A DNA stretch of 63,348 bases, counting the filler, from Octopus bimaculoides (taxonomy: Eukaryota): assembly GCF_001194135.2 (NCBI RefSeq). It is 4 parts of 4 records of this genome, joined end to end, with 100 filler letters (N's around TTAATTAATTAA, not from the genome) between each part and the next. Parts side by side here need not be neighbours in the genome. Positions count along the whole stretch, not along the records: positions 24,569 to 45,519 come from NC_069000.1; 3 more parts are not named here. The stretch is one strand, 5' to 3'. Under the pieces are notes generated by a model. It was given only the letters and a program-made list of their open reading frames with translations, had not been told where the DNA came from and made no database searches. The position numbers and the translations under genes were made by a program. Positions 24,922 to 37,149 of the stretch are shown here, in pieces. Every line of letters starts with the position of its first letter. Position 1 is the stretch's first letter.

Positions 24922-25077
24922 TATACAACAAACTTCTTTCAGTTTCTGTCTACCAAATCTACTCACAAGGATGTGGTCGGCCCGTGGCTATAGACGACAC
25001 TTGCCCAAGGTGCCATATAGTGAGACTGAACCCAGAAACATGCAGTTGATAAGCAAACTTTTTACTTCACTGTGCCA
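24922..25077 (-). mobile_element. SINE family A, 5' module
   Basis: ACACTTGCCCAAGGTGCC block and B-box complement. Confidence 0.8.
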
Positions 25078-25303
25078 ATATATGTGTGTGTCTGTGTTAT
25101 ATTATGTATGTATGTTATCAATCAGTTTCATTTCTGTATTTCTTGTCCATAGAGAAAGAGCCAGACTCTAACATAGATTCAAGGCTCCTTCATTGGAACT
25201 TTTATCAACATCAACTAGGTATTTGTGCATATGTGTGTGTGTGTGTGCAGTATTTGGTGTTAGTGTATGCGCAGATTTGTATGTTTGTTTTATGGATGCG
25301 TTT

Positions 25304-25340
<37 letters not shown>

Positions 25341-25819
25341 TGTATGTATGTGTGTATGTATGTATGTATGTGTGTATGTGAGTACTTAATAGAATACATG
25401 AGTATATTTTATCTTTTTTAATCGGCAGAAGTTACGAAGTGACTCAAGGGCTTGAGACTATGCCAAGCTTGAAAGTCTCATCCTCTGAATCACTTCCTCG
25501 TTTCTACCGAAGTAAGAATTTTGGTACAAGACTAGTAATTTTGCGGGTAGGAATTAACTCAATTACATAAAATCCAGTATTGACTTGTAACTTATTTCAT
25601 TGATGGGGGTAAAGTTAACCTCTGCATGATGTGATTTCATAACGTAAAGAGCTGACAGAAATGCCGTTAAGCATTTTCTTCGACTAGCTAACGATTCTGC
25701 CATCTCGACATGCTAAAACTGGTACTTATTATATTAATCTCAAAGGATGGTAACGTTGACTTCAGCGGAATTTGAACTCGGACAGTAAAGAGCTAGGAGA
25801 GTAACAACAACAACAACAA

Positions 25820-25890
25820 TAATTTCTTTATTAACCACAAGGGTTTACATTCAGAAAACCATTATGGACAGTACTGGACAAAACCAAGAA

Positions 25891-25929
<39 letters not shown>

Positions 25930-26254
25930 TGCGTGTTGTGAGGGTTTTGCGTGTAAACAAACCAACAGAATTTTAAACAATTCAACAATGTGTGATCCTC
26001 AATAGGGAGGAGACGTTCGAGGGCTGCTCATGGAAAAACCCCATACAAAAACCATGGGTACCCTGACTTTGGGGGCAGGTGCCTTTTTCCTTCCCCCCCT
26101 TTTTTTTTAAATTTTAAATGCAGGCCTGTTCACCTGCACCATTCTCGCCACTTTCATCCGCCTTTTAGCAAACTGGCTAGAAGACAACATACTCCCTTCT
26201 CTAAACTTATTTTCCTTTACAAATGAAACTCTTGAAGTTGGTCAGGGTTTGGCC
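25820..26254 (-). mobile_element. L1/Tx1-clade LINE 3' end (ORF2 terminus + 3' UTR)
   Basis: Minus strand reads GQTLTNF...SMLSSSQFAKRRMKVARMVQV, related to the GQALINFF segment at 14.6 kb. Ends in an A-rich tail. Confidence 0.55.
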
Positions 26255-26346
26255 AAAATATACACACACACACACACACACATACATTGCCTTGTATATG
26301 TGTGTGTGTGTGTATGTATGTACACACATATATACAAATATAATAC

Positions 26347-26416
<70 letters not shown>

Positions 26417-26814
26417 CAGTTTGTGTGTCTGAGCACATGCTGATCTATATGATCATTGTATAGGATACTTAAAAGTGGGGTAGAAAGAAATTATAAAAAG
26501 AAAGTAGCAAGAACGAGGTTAAAAACAATGTGAGAATGGCTGAGCGCGTAACAAACAAATTTGACACGGTTCCATAGTAGTAGCAGCAGCAGCAGCGGCG
26601 GCATCTGCGACAGATTTGGGTCAACGGTTGAGAGACACTTCATTATGTGGTTATGCAGAACGAGTGGTGCGTGCATTTGTCTATTCGCGGGTGGTTGTAG
26701 AAATGTCAGACGTTGAGTGTGCGTACGCGTGTGTGTGTGTGTGTGTGTGTAGGGAAGGAGGGAAGGGTGAAGTATAAACTTGTCCCTCTAGTGTTTTACT
26801 TGTTTTTCTTTTAT

Positions 26815-27010
26815 TCTTTTATTCTTTTGTTTGTCATTCGGCTGTGGCCATGCTGGAACACAGCCTTTAGTCGGACAAATCGACCCCAGGACTTATTCTT
26901 TGTAAGCCTAATACTTATTCTATCGGTCTTTTTTGCTGAACCGTTAAGCTACGGGGACGTAAACACACCAACATCGGTTGTCAAGTGATGGTGGGGGGAC
27001 AAACACAAAC
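26815..27010 (-). mobile_element. SINE family A, 3' module
   Basis: High identity to the 57290-57497 module (reverse complement). Confidence 0.85.
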
Positions 27011-27050
27011 GCGTAANNNNNNNNNNATATATATATATATATATATACAA

Positions 27051-27085
<35 letters not shown>

Positions 27086-27198
27086 ATTGATAAATTAATG
27101 AGATCGGTGCTAAAAAGTTTTTGTAGGAGAGAAAGAAATAGATGTGAATAAAAACTACGGACAAATTAAGGGCTTAGAAAGTGTTTGTCTGTGTGTAC

Positions 27199-27229
<31 letters not shown>

Positions 27230-27377
27230 CTTAAATCTCTGTATGTGTATATATGTGTTTATGTGTGTGAATATTTAAATCTATGTGTACACGTACATAT
27301 ATATATATATATATGTATGTATATGTTTATGCATGTGTGTATGCATTATACATTCAACTGCACACACACGTCCACCC

Positions 27378-27413
<36 letters not shown>

Positions 27414-27633
27414 TTGTACATAAATACATGCATGCAGACAGACAGACAGACAGACATACGCACTAACATAAATACATGTGTATTCGTTGCACAGGGGACA
27501 AGANNNNNNNNNNCTTCAAAATTGGGTCAACTACAGACAGACACTTCATTATGTGGTAACAACTCAACGAAGTGGTGCGTTGCTTGGTCTGTCGAGTGTA
27601 CGCCGGCGGTAGTAGAAATGTCAGACGGGTTGT

Positions 27634-27666
<33 letters not shown>

Positions 27667-27878
27667 CGGGTAGGTGCGCATGTGAAGCTTGTGTATTTCA
27701 CCTCACCATGTTGTTGCGGCTGAAAAGTTGTGCGCGCCAATACATTTTTATGTCAACGGGACTGTGACGATGCTTATGAGAAGATATATTATTGCGTATC
27801 AGGACGTATACACGAGCACCTGTTGAATGTATGTATGTATGTATGTATATATATTCTGATTATATGTCTGTGCACACG

Positions 27879-28180
27879 TTTGAATGTGGTGTGTGCTAGA
27901 GGGTTTGCAAATCCAATGGAGGTCTTAAAAGACATGTTANNNNNNNNNNGAGGGTTTGCAAATCCAATGGAGGTCTTAAAAGACATGTTAGGATCCACAA
28001 TGAGCAGAACTTACTTGCAGGCATTGGTAGTGCAAATCAGAGGTGTAGTCTGTGTGGGTATTTTTTCAAAACACTGTCTGGTTTAAAAAGCCACACATCA
28101 GACGCCATGAACGGGCTAAGGTGTAGGTGCAGGAGGTGGTCAAACTCTGTGTAAGGAGTAGACAACCACCATAACCACCA
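27879..28180 (+). mobile_element. RTE-like LINE 3' end with two C2H2-type fingers, pseudogenised
   Basis: FECGVC*RVCKSNGGLKRHVRIH...CSLCGYFFKTLSGLKSH(fs)IRRH, then a short UTR and (TATG)n tail. A 41-bp duplication flanks the 10-N gap. Confidence 0.65.
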
Positions 28181-28866
28181 TGTATGTATGTATGTATCTA
28201 CGTACGTATGTATGTGTGTATGCATGCGTGTAGCTATATATGTGTCTCATCTGTCTGTGTCTGTAGTTGTAAAAACTGGCGATGCTTATTTCCGTGTCCG
28301 TTTATTTCTCTGTCCAACGGGTTATCTGTTCGCTAATAGGGAACAATGAAAAAGATAAAGGCTGAAGTCACTATCATTAAAACGTCGAAGGTGTGCTCCA
28401 GCGTGACCGCAGTGCACAAAATAATAGAAAAATACTAGTGTTACCCGAATATGACAGGCATCTTTGAAAGTATACTTTTGCTACCATGGCTAATATCAAG
28501 AAACATGGCAAACATGCCATAATTTTAATTCTTTTACTTTTATCAAATTTCTTATTACTTATACAAAATGATGAAATGAATAATAATTTTGAAAAGAAAT
28601 ATATTTATTACCCTAAAAAAATAAATGTCTAACTCAATCATATAACTGTTTCCATAACTACTCTTTCATTTACTTCACCTCCTCCATCCCAAAGATTGCA
28701 CCTGTGTGTGTGTGTAGCGTTCTTTTCTCATTGTCTGCCACTAAGCCTAATATGTGCACTCACCCTGCATCTTTTATCTTAACTTTCAATGTATCTCTCG
28801 TTTACTCTCTCCTTCAACATATCTCTTGACGATGCACAACGCGACTGGAGATATCAATCAACCAAT

Positions 28867-28931
<65 letters not shown>

Positions 28932-29288
28932 GCAGGCAGGCAGACAGAGAGATTGATTGGTATACACACACGTACATAGATAGTGTTTATAGAGAAAATC
29001 AATTGTGAAAAAATGTTCTATGGACGTGTGTATATTCATTTTCAAATATGTTTTCTCGTGTACCTGATTGTTAAGCGTAGGCTCAAAACTTTTCATACTT
29101 TGGTGTTATTGGTATAAGCAGACCTGTCACCTCATTCATGCTCGAACTATGAACCCAGTCTTCATCAATTCACATCCTATAGTCTTGGGAAAAGGTATGC
29201 TTAATAATGTAGATTTTCGTTCCCTGTTACTTATGAAAAACACAAGATTGTCTTAGCGAAAATGTTACCCTTTCGTTATTTTACACAC

Positions 29289-29323
<35 letters not shown>

Positions 29324-29337
29324 TCCTTCTCTCTCTC

Positions 29338-29440
<103 letters not shown>

Positions 29441-30282
29441 TACTCTCAAATGTTGCTTAATTTGTGTGTGTGAGAGTGAGTGAGTGAGTGAGGAGTGTGT
29501 GTGTGTGGTTACAGTTCAGGATTCAGTTCCATACCGTGGTATCTTGGTCAAGGTGTATATATCTATGCACAGAAGACACTCAAAATTACAATCCCACCTC
29601 ACAGAAGCGTATTGACTGAGTGGTTAGTGATAGATGAAACGTTTAATGGTAGCTCTTCAGGTTCTTTGCATTGGTGCTTCAAATCTTGCCAAGCTGAACT
29701 TCGCCATTTTTCTTTCCGGGTCCGACAAATAAAGTACCAGTTTAGCGAGTTGGACTCGCAGAATTGTTAGATCATACGTAACAGTAACTGTTCCAGCACT
29801 TTATGATCTAATGTGACACAAGAGTCAAGTGCTATCAGCCCGGGTGGTGTATGTTTGAAAATTACTGAAGATACAGCTATTATATTGCTTCTGATTTTTT
29901 TTTTCTTAGTTTCTTAGAATTGCATTAAAACTACTTTGTTTAGGTTAAATTATTTCATACTTTTCATTGAACTATATCCATTTAGAAGTTGATTTTATAT
30001 ACTTGTTTTCATTTCTATACAAATCGACTTATTTGAAACCCTATCACTTTATTTTGCAAATATGAAAGAAAATATAAAGAAATCAATTTTACTATCGATG
30101 AAATGAAATGAAGTTATAATAATAATGATAATAATAATAATAATAAATTGAAACGGAAACCAGTATATGATGTTTCTCTGTACGTAAGTGAAAAATTAAA
30201 GAGAAAAAGAAGCGACCGAAATCGAAGAAATGCTAAAGGGAAACCATATAAACGAAAGGACAACTCAGTATATGCTGTGTGT

Positions 30283-30474
30283 GTAGCTGTGTGGCTTAGC
30301 TGTTAAGGCGTTTCATTATGTTTTTGAGCAAAATACTTCATTTCACGCTTCTCCAAACTACTCAGACGGCAAAAATGAGTAATCCTGCGACAGACCGGCG
30401 TCCCGTCCAGCAGAGAATATGTGCGCTACAGATACCGGGAAACCGGCCTTATGAGTCCAGGGCTCGAGAAGGAC
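30283..30474 (+). mobile_element. SINE family E (V-domain-like block)
   Basis: Box A-like GTAGCTGTGTGGCTTAG. CTGCGACAGACCGGCGTCCCGTCCAG resembles the V-SINE central domain as I recall it (not checked). Confidence 0.55.
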
Positions 30475-30480
30475 ATTTGT

Positions 30481-30523
<43 letters not shown>

Positions 30524-30667
30524 NNNNNNNNNNNNNNNNNNNNNNNNNNNNNNNNNNNNNNNNNNNNNNNNNNNNNNNNNNNNNNNNNNNNNNNNNNNNN
30601 NNNNNNNNNNNNNNNNNNNNNNNNNNNNNNNNNNNNNNNNNNNNNNNNNNNNNNNNNNNNNNNNNNN

Positions 30668-30710
<43 letters not shown>

Positions 30711-32007
30711 CTTGAACCAGTACTCAAAATCAAAGGGATGGTTATAACAGCTGGCACTTCACATCTAGTTATTCGATTTTCTCGTTCCCGAGGATTAAGT
30801 ACGATATAGGTGGTCCGCTGTAAAAAATGTGTAGAAGAGTCTCTAGAATTTCTCTGAGAAGAAACAGCAGATAACTAGTGGCAGCGGCAAGAGAGGAAAA
30901 CACGTTTTCTACACATCAATACATATCGAACAACGTACCTCTTACATTTGTATCTAGTCTGATGATCGAGATCCTGGAATTCGAGTAATTACATGTGAGG
31001 TGCCACCTCTTACAACAATGTGTACACACAAACGCACACATGTGTATGCGCGCGCGTTCATTTACCAAGAAAAGGAAGAACCTAATACAGAAGTAGAGTA
31101 TAGTTATTTATTGCACATATTAGTTTAACGCTAACCGAAATAGAAACTGGTGCGTAGCAAAAAATAGAGAAGTAATAAATATATATAAGAAATATATAGG
31201 AAATAAAAAGAATGAGCATTCATAAATGCACAAATGCATGTACATAATTAGATATGTATTCATATGTTCATGCATTCATATACATATAAACAGCGCACTC
31301 AAGCACACCAGAACATACACAAATATTCATATGACATAATTTTTCTATTGTAATCACGTATCGATTTATTCGCCTGCGTCTACACCAATACAAATATATA
31401 TTTGTAGACCTGCAGGTTCGTTCATTCTTTTCAATATGTAAATACCTATATGGATGGATCCATGTAACTTCAAACTCCCTGTCTTCTTGTTTACATATAC
31501 GTATACTTAAACAAACGTAATCTTATGCACATATACGTATAAACACGTAAGTTCTTGCGTGCGCGTACACACACATACACACACACACACGCAGGCACGC
31601 ACGCACACATACACACACACACATACAAATACGTGCCCATGCATATAAACAAATACATCCATACAAGCATAAATACATGTATGCGTGCACAAACACACAT
31701 ATGTATGTATGTATGTTTGTACTTATGTATGTACAGCTATTCGTGTTAGCTCATATGTATATATGCGTGTACGTAAATGTATTTACGCACTACACCTGCG
31801 TACACACACATATATGATGAGATGAAGAGGGAGAACTAGAAATGTACAAATAGTTGCTTATAGATGAATATATACAAATGTATCTAAAATCACATGTGCG
31901 TGCACACATACGTACACATACACACATTTACACGCACAAAAGAATAAAATACAGTGAAAATGGTGTTAGTGTGAAGTTTGTGATGAGTACTTGAAAAGAG
32001 CATAGAG

Positions 32008-32530
32008 TATATTGACGTTTCGGGGCTTTGTCATTCTTCAGAAAGTAAAAGGGATGAAGAAAACAACATACGGTGTGAGTGATAGGGCGCGAGAGAAAGA
32101 ATAAGAATATTGTGGAAAAATATTAATTGTAGTTGGACTCAGGAGGAAGGTGAAAAACTTGGGAGGAATGTTGTTGTATGAGGCAAAGTCGCGAAAGGAG
32201 GTGAGGGCGGTTGTTTAGGTGTATATTATCAGAGTGTGTGGTCGCTTGCCCGTAGGCATATAGGGCGATTATCTTTGTGAGTAAGAATGGGGTCTGTGTA
32301 TGTGTATAAATGTGTGTAAATTTGTAAATGTGATACCTTGGTTAGTATGAATGTGGGTTGATGGTGGTGAATGTGTAACTGTTTAGAGTGAAAGAGTTTG
32401 TAAGAGTTTTTGACCATGCTTGTGTGTTTGTGCAACTAAATGATTCCAGACTTCTCCACGAGTCTGGAGAAGTTGAAAGCGTGTGCAAAGTCAACAGTTT
32501 ATTTGTGTACGTAGTAGTAGTTGGCTGCGT
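32008..32530 (-). mobile_element. Degenerate retroelement 3' end (possibly CR1/L2-like) ending in an HHR-like motif
   Basis: Frameshifted FNFSRLV/EVWNHL resembles the CR1-group RT terminus. CTGAAGA...CCCGAAACGTC lies at the 3' end (32008-32046). Confidence 0.4.
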
Positions 32531-32557
32531 CTCGTGTTTCCGAGCTTGCAATCCAGT

Positions 32558-32749
32558 TCATTTTCCTGCGTGTTTAAACCGCAGATGGCTCCGCAATCTA
32601 AGGGTTGCATGAAACATACGGGGACATTGTGGACAAGGGATAGAAGGGGTTGGTTTGGGAAGGAGAAGGCGTTGCTTTCTCTCCCATCTCTTGAGTTCAG
32701 CTCTTGCGACTCGGGCTTTCTCGAAGTCCGCTGAACCCGTTTTGATGGT
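32558..32749 (-). mobile_element. RTE-clade LINE ORF C-terminus
   Basis: IKTGSADFEKARVARAELKRWERKQR...IPCPQCPRMFHATLRLRSHLR*, typical of the RTE/BovB-like terminal region with a CxxC...SH finger. Confidence 0.8.
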
Positions 32750-33299
32750 GTGTACGTATGTGTAATCCAAAAGTATGTTATGAAGTCTAAGAGTATGCTT
32801 GTGCAATAGGTGTGCGATAATAAAACAAAAAATGAAATGGAAAGAAAGTTTAGTCGGAAAAGAGAAATGAAAAAAAAAATCGAGATGACAAAAGAAGATA
32901 ATAAAAATATAGATGCACATAGGTAAAAAAACAATGGGGGAGACCGCAAGTGCCTAGAAAATGGCCGACGAATGAAAGAATGAAACAACAAAGAACAAAA
33001 GTATTCTTTGAGAGAGTTACGAGAAAGTGAAAGAAGCGGGCGAAGAATGTATGGATGGATGTGCGGGTATGTATAAATGGCTGTAGGGTGGGTAATGGTC
33101 AAGTAGTCGAGTACAAAGGGGAAAAGTGGAATCAAAACATATTTCGCCTATGAGTAAATCTGAATACACACATTGTCAAACATATATATGTAATTTTTAG
33201 GGAACGCCATAACTGGTCCAGGTAAGGCATTTTTAATTAAAGATACTCAACAAATACTCAGGAAGTTACGAATTATTTGTTATAATACTGCATACGCGT

Positions 33300-33343
<44 letters not shown>

Positions 33344-33577
33344 ATGATTATGCATATAATTTTATGTATATGTACAAGCACATACACACACAGATACACA
33401 CACAAGCACACACACATACACATGCACCTTTACATACACGTATCAACAAACATTTCGAACAAAAGAACATAATATCGCAAGTACGAGAGAAGCATATCAG
33501 CGGGAAAAAATGGTTTATTTCACCATACTTTATTACTGTAAATTCACAAAGGAGTGTGTGTGTGTGTGTGTGTGTTA

Positions 33578-33789
33578 TTTCTTTATTTCTTTACTACCCA
33601 CAAGGGGCTACACACAGAGGGGACAAACAAGGACAGACAAACGGATTAAGTCGATAATACCGACCCCAGTGCGTAACTGGTACTTATTTAATCGACCCCG
33701 AAAGGATGAAAGACAAAGTCGACCTCGGCGGAATTTGAACTCAGAACGTAGCGGCAGACGAAATACCGCTAAGCATTTCGCCCGGCGTG
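33578..33789 (-). mobile_element. SINE family B, young copy running into a gap
   Basis: Very close reverse-complement match to 2694-2923. Confidence 0.9.
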
Positions 33790-34770
33790 NNNNNNNNNNN
33801 NNNNNNNNNNNNNNNNNNNNNNNNNNNNNNNNNNNNNNNNNNNNNNNNNNNNNNNNNNNNNNNNNNNNNNNNNNNNNNNNNNNNNNNNNNNNNNNNNNNN
33901 NNNNNNNNNNNNNNNNNNNNNNNNNNNNNNNNNNNNNNNNNNNNNNNNNNNNNNNNNNNNNNNNNNNNNNNNNNNNNNNNNNNNNNNNNNNNNNNNNNNN
34001 NNNNNNNNNNNNNNNNNNNNNNNNNNNNNNNNNNNNNNNNNNNNNNNNNNNNNNNNNNNNNNNNNNNNNNNNNNNNNNNNNNNNNNNNNNNNNNNNNNNN
34101 NNNNNNNNNNNNNNNNNNNNNNNNNNNNNNNNNNNNNNNNNNNNNNNNNNNNNNNNNNNNNNNNNNNNNNNNNNNNNNNNNNNNNNNNNNNNNNNNNNNN
34201 NNNNNNNNNNNNNNNNNNNNNNNNNNNNNNNNNNNNNNNNNNNNNNNNNNNNNNNNNNNNNNNNNNNNNNNNNNNNNNNNNNNNNNNNNNNNNNNNNNNN
34301 NNNNNNNNNNNNNNNNNNNNNNNNNNNNNNNNNNNNNNNNNNNNNNNNNNNNNNNNNNNNNNNNNNNNNNNNNNNNNNNNNNNNNNNNNNNNNNNNNNNN
34401 NNNNNNNNNNNNNNNNNNNNNNNNNNNNNNNNNNNNNNNNNNNNNNNNNNNNNNNNNNNNNNNNNNNNNNNNNNNNNNNNNNNNNNNNNNNNNNNNNNNN
34501 NNNNNNNNNNNNNNNNNNNNNNNNNNNNNNNNNNNNNNNNNNNNNNNNNNNNNNNNNNNNNNNNNNNNNNNNNNNNNNNNNNNNNNNNNNNNNNNNNNNN
34601 NNNNNNNNNNNNNNNNNNNNNNNNNNNNNNNNNNNNNNNNNNNNNNNNNNNNNNNNNNNNNNNNNNNNNNNNNNNNNNNNNNNNNNNNNNNNNNNNNNNN
34701 NNNNNNNNNNNNNNNNNNNNNNNNNNNNNNNNNNNNNNNNNNNNNNNNNNNNNNNNNNNNGGATTCCACG

Positions 34771-35512
34771 GGAGGGCTGCAATCAGAAAACCACTACTTT
34801 CAAAAACAAACTTTGCAAGGCGTTTAGAGTGGAGTAAAAACCTACAGAATTGGTCCCTAGTGCAGTGGAAGAATGTTATTTTGTCAGACAAGTCATCCTT
34901 CGCCTTATTTCCGACTGCCAGCCGAGTATACGTGTGGAGATAGCCAAAACAAGCATTTGACCCAGACTGCCTTCTTCCAACTGTCAAACATGGAGGAAGA
35001 TCTGTGATGATCTGGGATGGGGGGGGNNNNNNNNNNNNNNNTGGTTTCCCTTCATGGCAGAATTAATAGTCAAAACTATTTCAGCATTTTATCTGATCAA
35101 ATTCATCCTATGGTTGCGGAACTGTTTCCGGATGGAAATGCAATCTTTCAGGATGATAATGTACCAATTTACACAGCTTAAGTTGTTACTGAATGGCTCG
35201 AGGAACATTCTAGTGAAGTCGAACATCTTATCTGGCCACCACAGTCCCCAGATCTCAATATTATTGAACATTTATGGTGCATGTTAGAAAAACAAGTAGG
35301 GAGTCGATGTCCCCCACCATCATCACTACAAGAACTGGAGACTGTTTTAGCTGAAGAATGGACAAAAATTCCTTTGGAAACAATTCAAACTTTGTACGAA
35401 TCCATACTTCGTAGAATTCAAGCTGTAATTACTGGCAAAGGCGGTCCTACCCCATATTGAAATAAATTTGTTTGAAATTTTAAAGTGTTTCCATTATTCT
35501 GTCCAACTCTTG
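34771..35512 (+). mobile_element. Tc1-like DNA transposon, 3' half (D-36-E spacing), transposase pseudogene
   Basis: GFHGRAAIRKPLLS...WKNVILSDKS...PTVKHGG...FQDDNVPIYTA*...WPPQSPDLNIIEHLW...GGPTPY*. Internal stops. TIR-like end followed by TA at 35513. Confidence 0.92.
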
Positions 35513-35635
<123 letters not shown>

Positions 35636-37149
35636 TAACCTAGTTTCCGTTAACTCATATTCCACAACATGAGGCTATTGTATAAGACAAAATTTTAAGC
35701 GCCAGGTAGTGAAATCGAGTCCAAGATCCCCCGATTGCAAAGTGAATCTTTTAATCATTCAGCTATGATTCGTCCGCATACATGCACATACACATACAAG
35801 CATCCATGCGCATTCACATGTAACACTCACACGCATACGCGTGTGTGAGTGTTACATGTGAATGTGCACAGATGCTTGCGTATATAAACCATGTGTTACT
35901 TTTTCTCATTTGTATAGACTCGTCTCATCAATTAACTGCTACTTGTTTTAAGGAGAAAATACCGAAAGAGAGTTACAAGAGAAAGAGGAAACGATCATCG
36001 ACTTCCTTATGGCGTAATATTGAAGACAATTCTGTAGAAAATAATTTAACTCTAAATATTTCTAACAAAGGAATAAATGCGGGGAGTTGTTAGTGGATTA
36101 AATCGAATCCAGTTCTCAGCTGGTACTTCAGTTTATTAATCCCGCAGGATGGATGAAAGGAGAAGTTGACCTTGGCGAGAATTGAACAAAATATTTCAAA
36201 GGGCTTTTTCTGATGTTCTACAGATTAACATGATTTTTAACATATGAGACACACGCCAAAGCTGATTAATAACGAATTTTAGATTTTCGAAAAGCACCAA
36301 TTTTATGGATGGCTGTTGTAATCAACGTCATTATTTATCTGCTATTATATTATCTGCACATACACAATCTGGTAGGTAGCTAGGCGTTCTGCCTAAAAGG
36401 TATTTTAAATTTTATATATGTATATGTATAGATGTGTGCGTGTGTGTGTACGTGCGCGTGTTTGTGTGTGTATGTATGCATGTGTATGTATGTCTGCTCC
36501 CTCACCACTCGATTACCTGTGTTTATTTATGTCCACGTGATTAAAAGGTTCGGAAAATGTGATCGATAAGAGAAGTACTAAAGTTAAAGTAAATAGTAGG
36601 GACGGTTTTTCCGATTAAAACTTTTCAAGGCATTGCTCTGGTATGGTTGCAATTCCAAGACCGCAACAGGTATNNNNNNNNNNNNNNNNNNNNNNNNNNN
36701 NNNNNNNNNNNNNNNNNNNNNNNNNNNNNNNNNNNNNNNNNNNNNNNNNNNNNNNNNNNNNNNNNNNNNNNNNNNNNNNNNNNNNNNNNNNNNNNNNNNN
36801 NNNNNNNNNNNNNNNNNNNNNNNNNNNNNNNNNNNNNNNNNNNNNNNNNNNNNNNNNNNNNNNNNNNNNNNNNNNNNNNNNNATATATATATATATATAT
36901 AAATACACACACATATAAATGTGTGTATGTCTGTGCGCGCGCTCGTGATAAGTTTTCATTTTGATACATATATATATTTAAAAGATTGTGAGGTTTAACA
37001 CGAGTAAATTTCTATTAAAAAGAGAAAATACTTTGAGAACTTTATGATGAATAAAATGAGGAAAATATTTATACTTTTATCAAAATATGCTACCGGTTTC
37101 AATTGTATTTGACAACTTAGTCGTGGAATAAGAAAAGAGAACATGAATT

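Noticed and set aside
26490-27630. Conserved miRNA or snoRNA in the duplicated module
   Set aside because: No match to conserved bilaterian or molluscan miRNAs that I recall, no clear hairpin, and no C/D or H/ACA box pair.
27899-27990. 41-bp tandem duplication
   Set aside because: The exact repeat sits on both sides of a 10-N gap, so it is an unmerged contig overlap.
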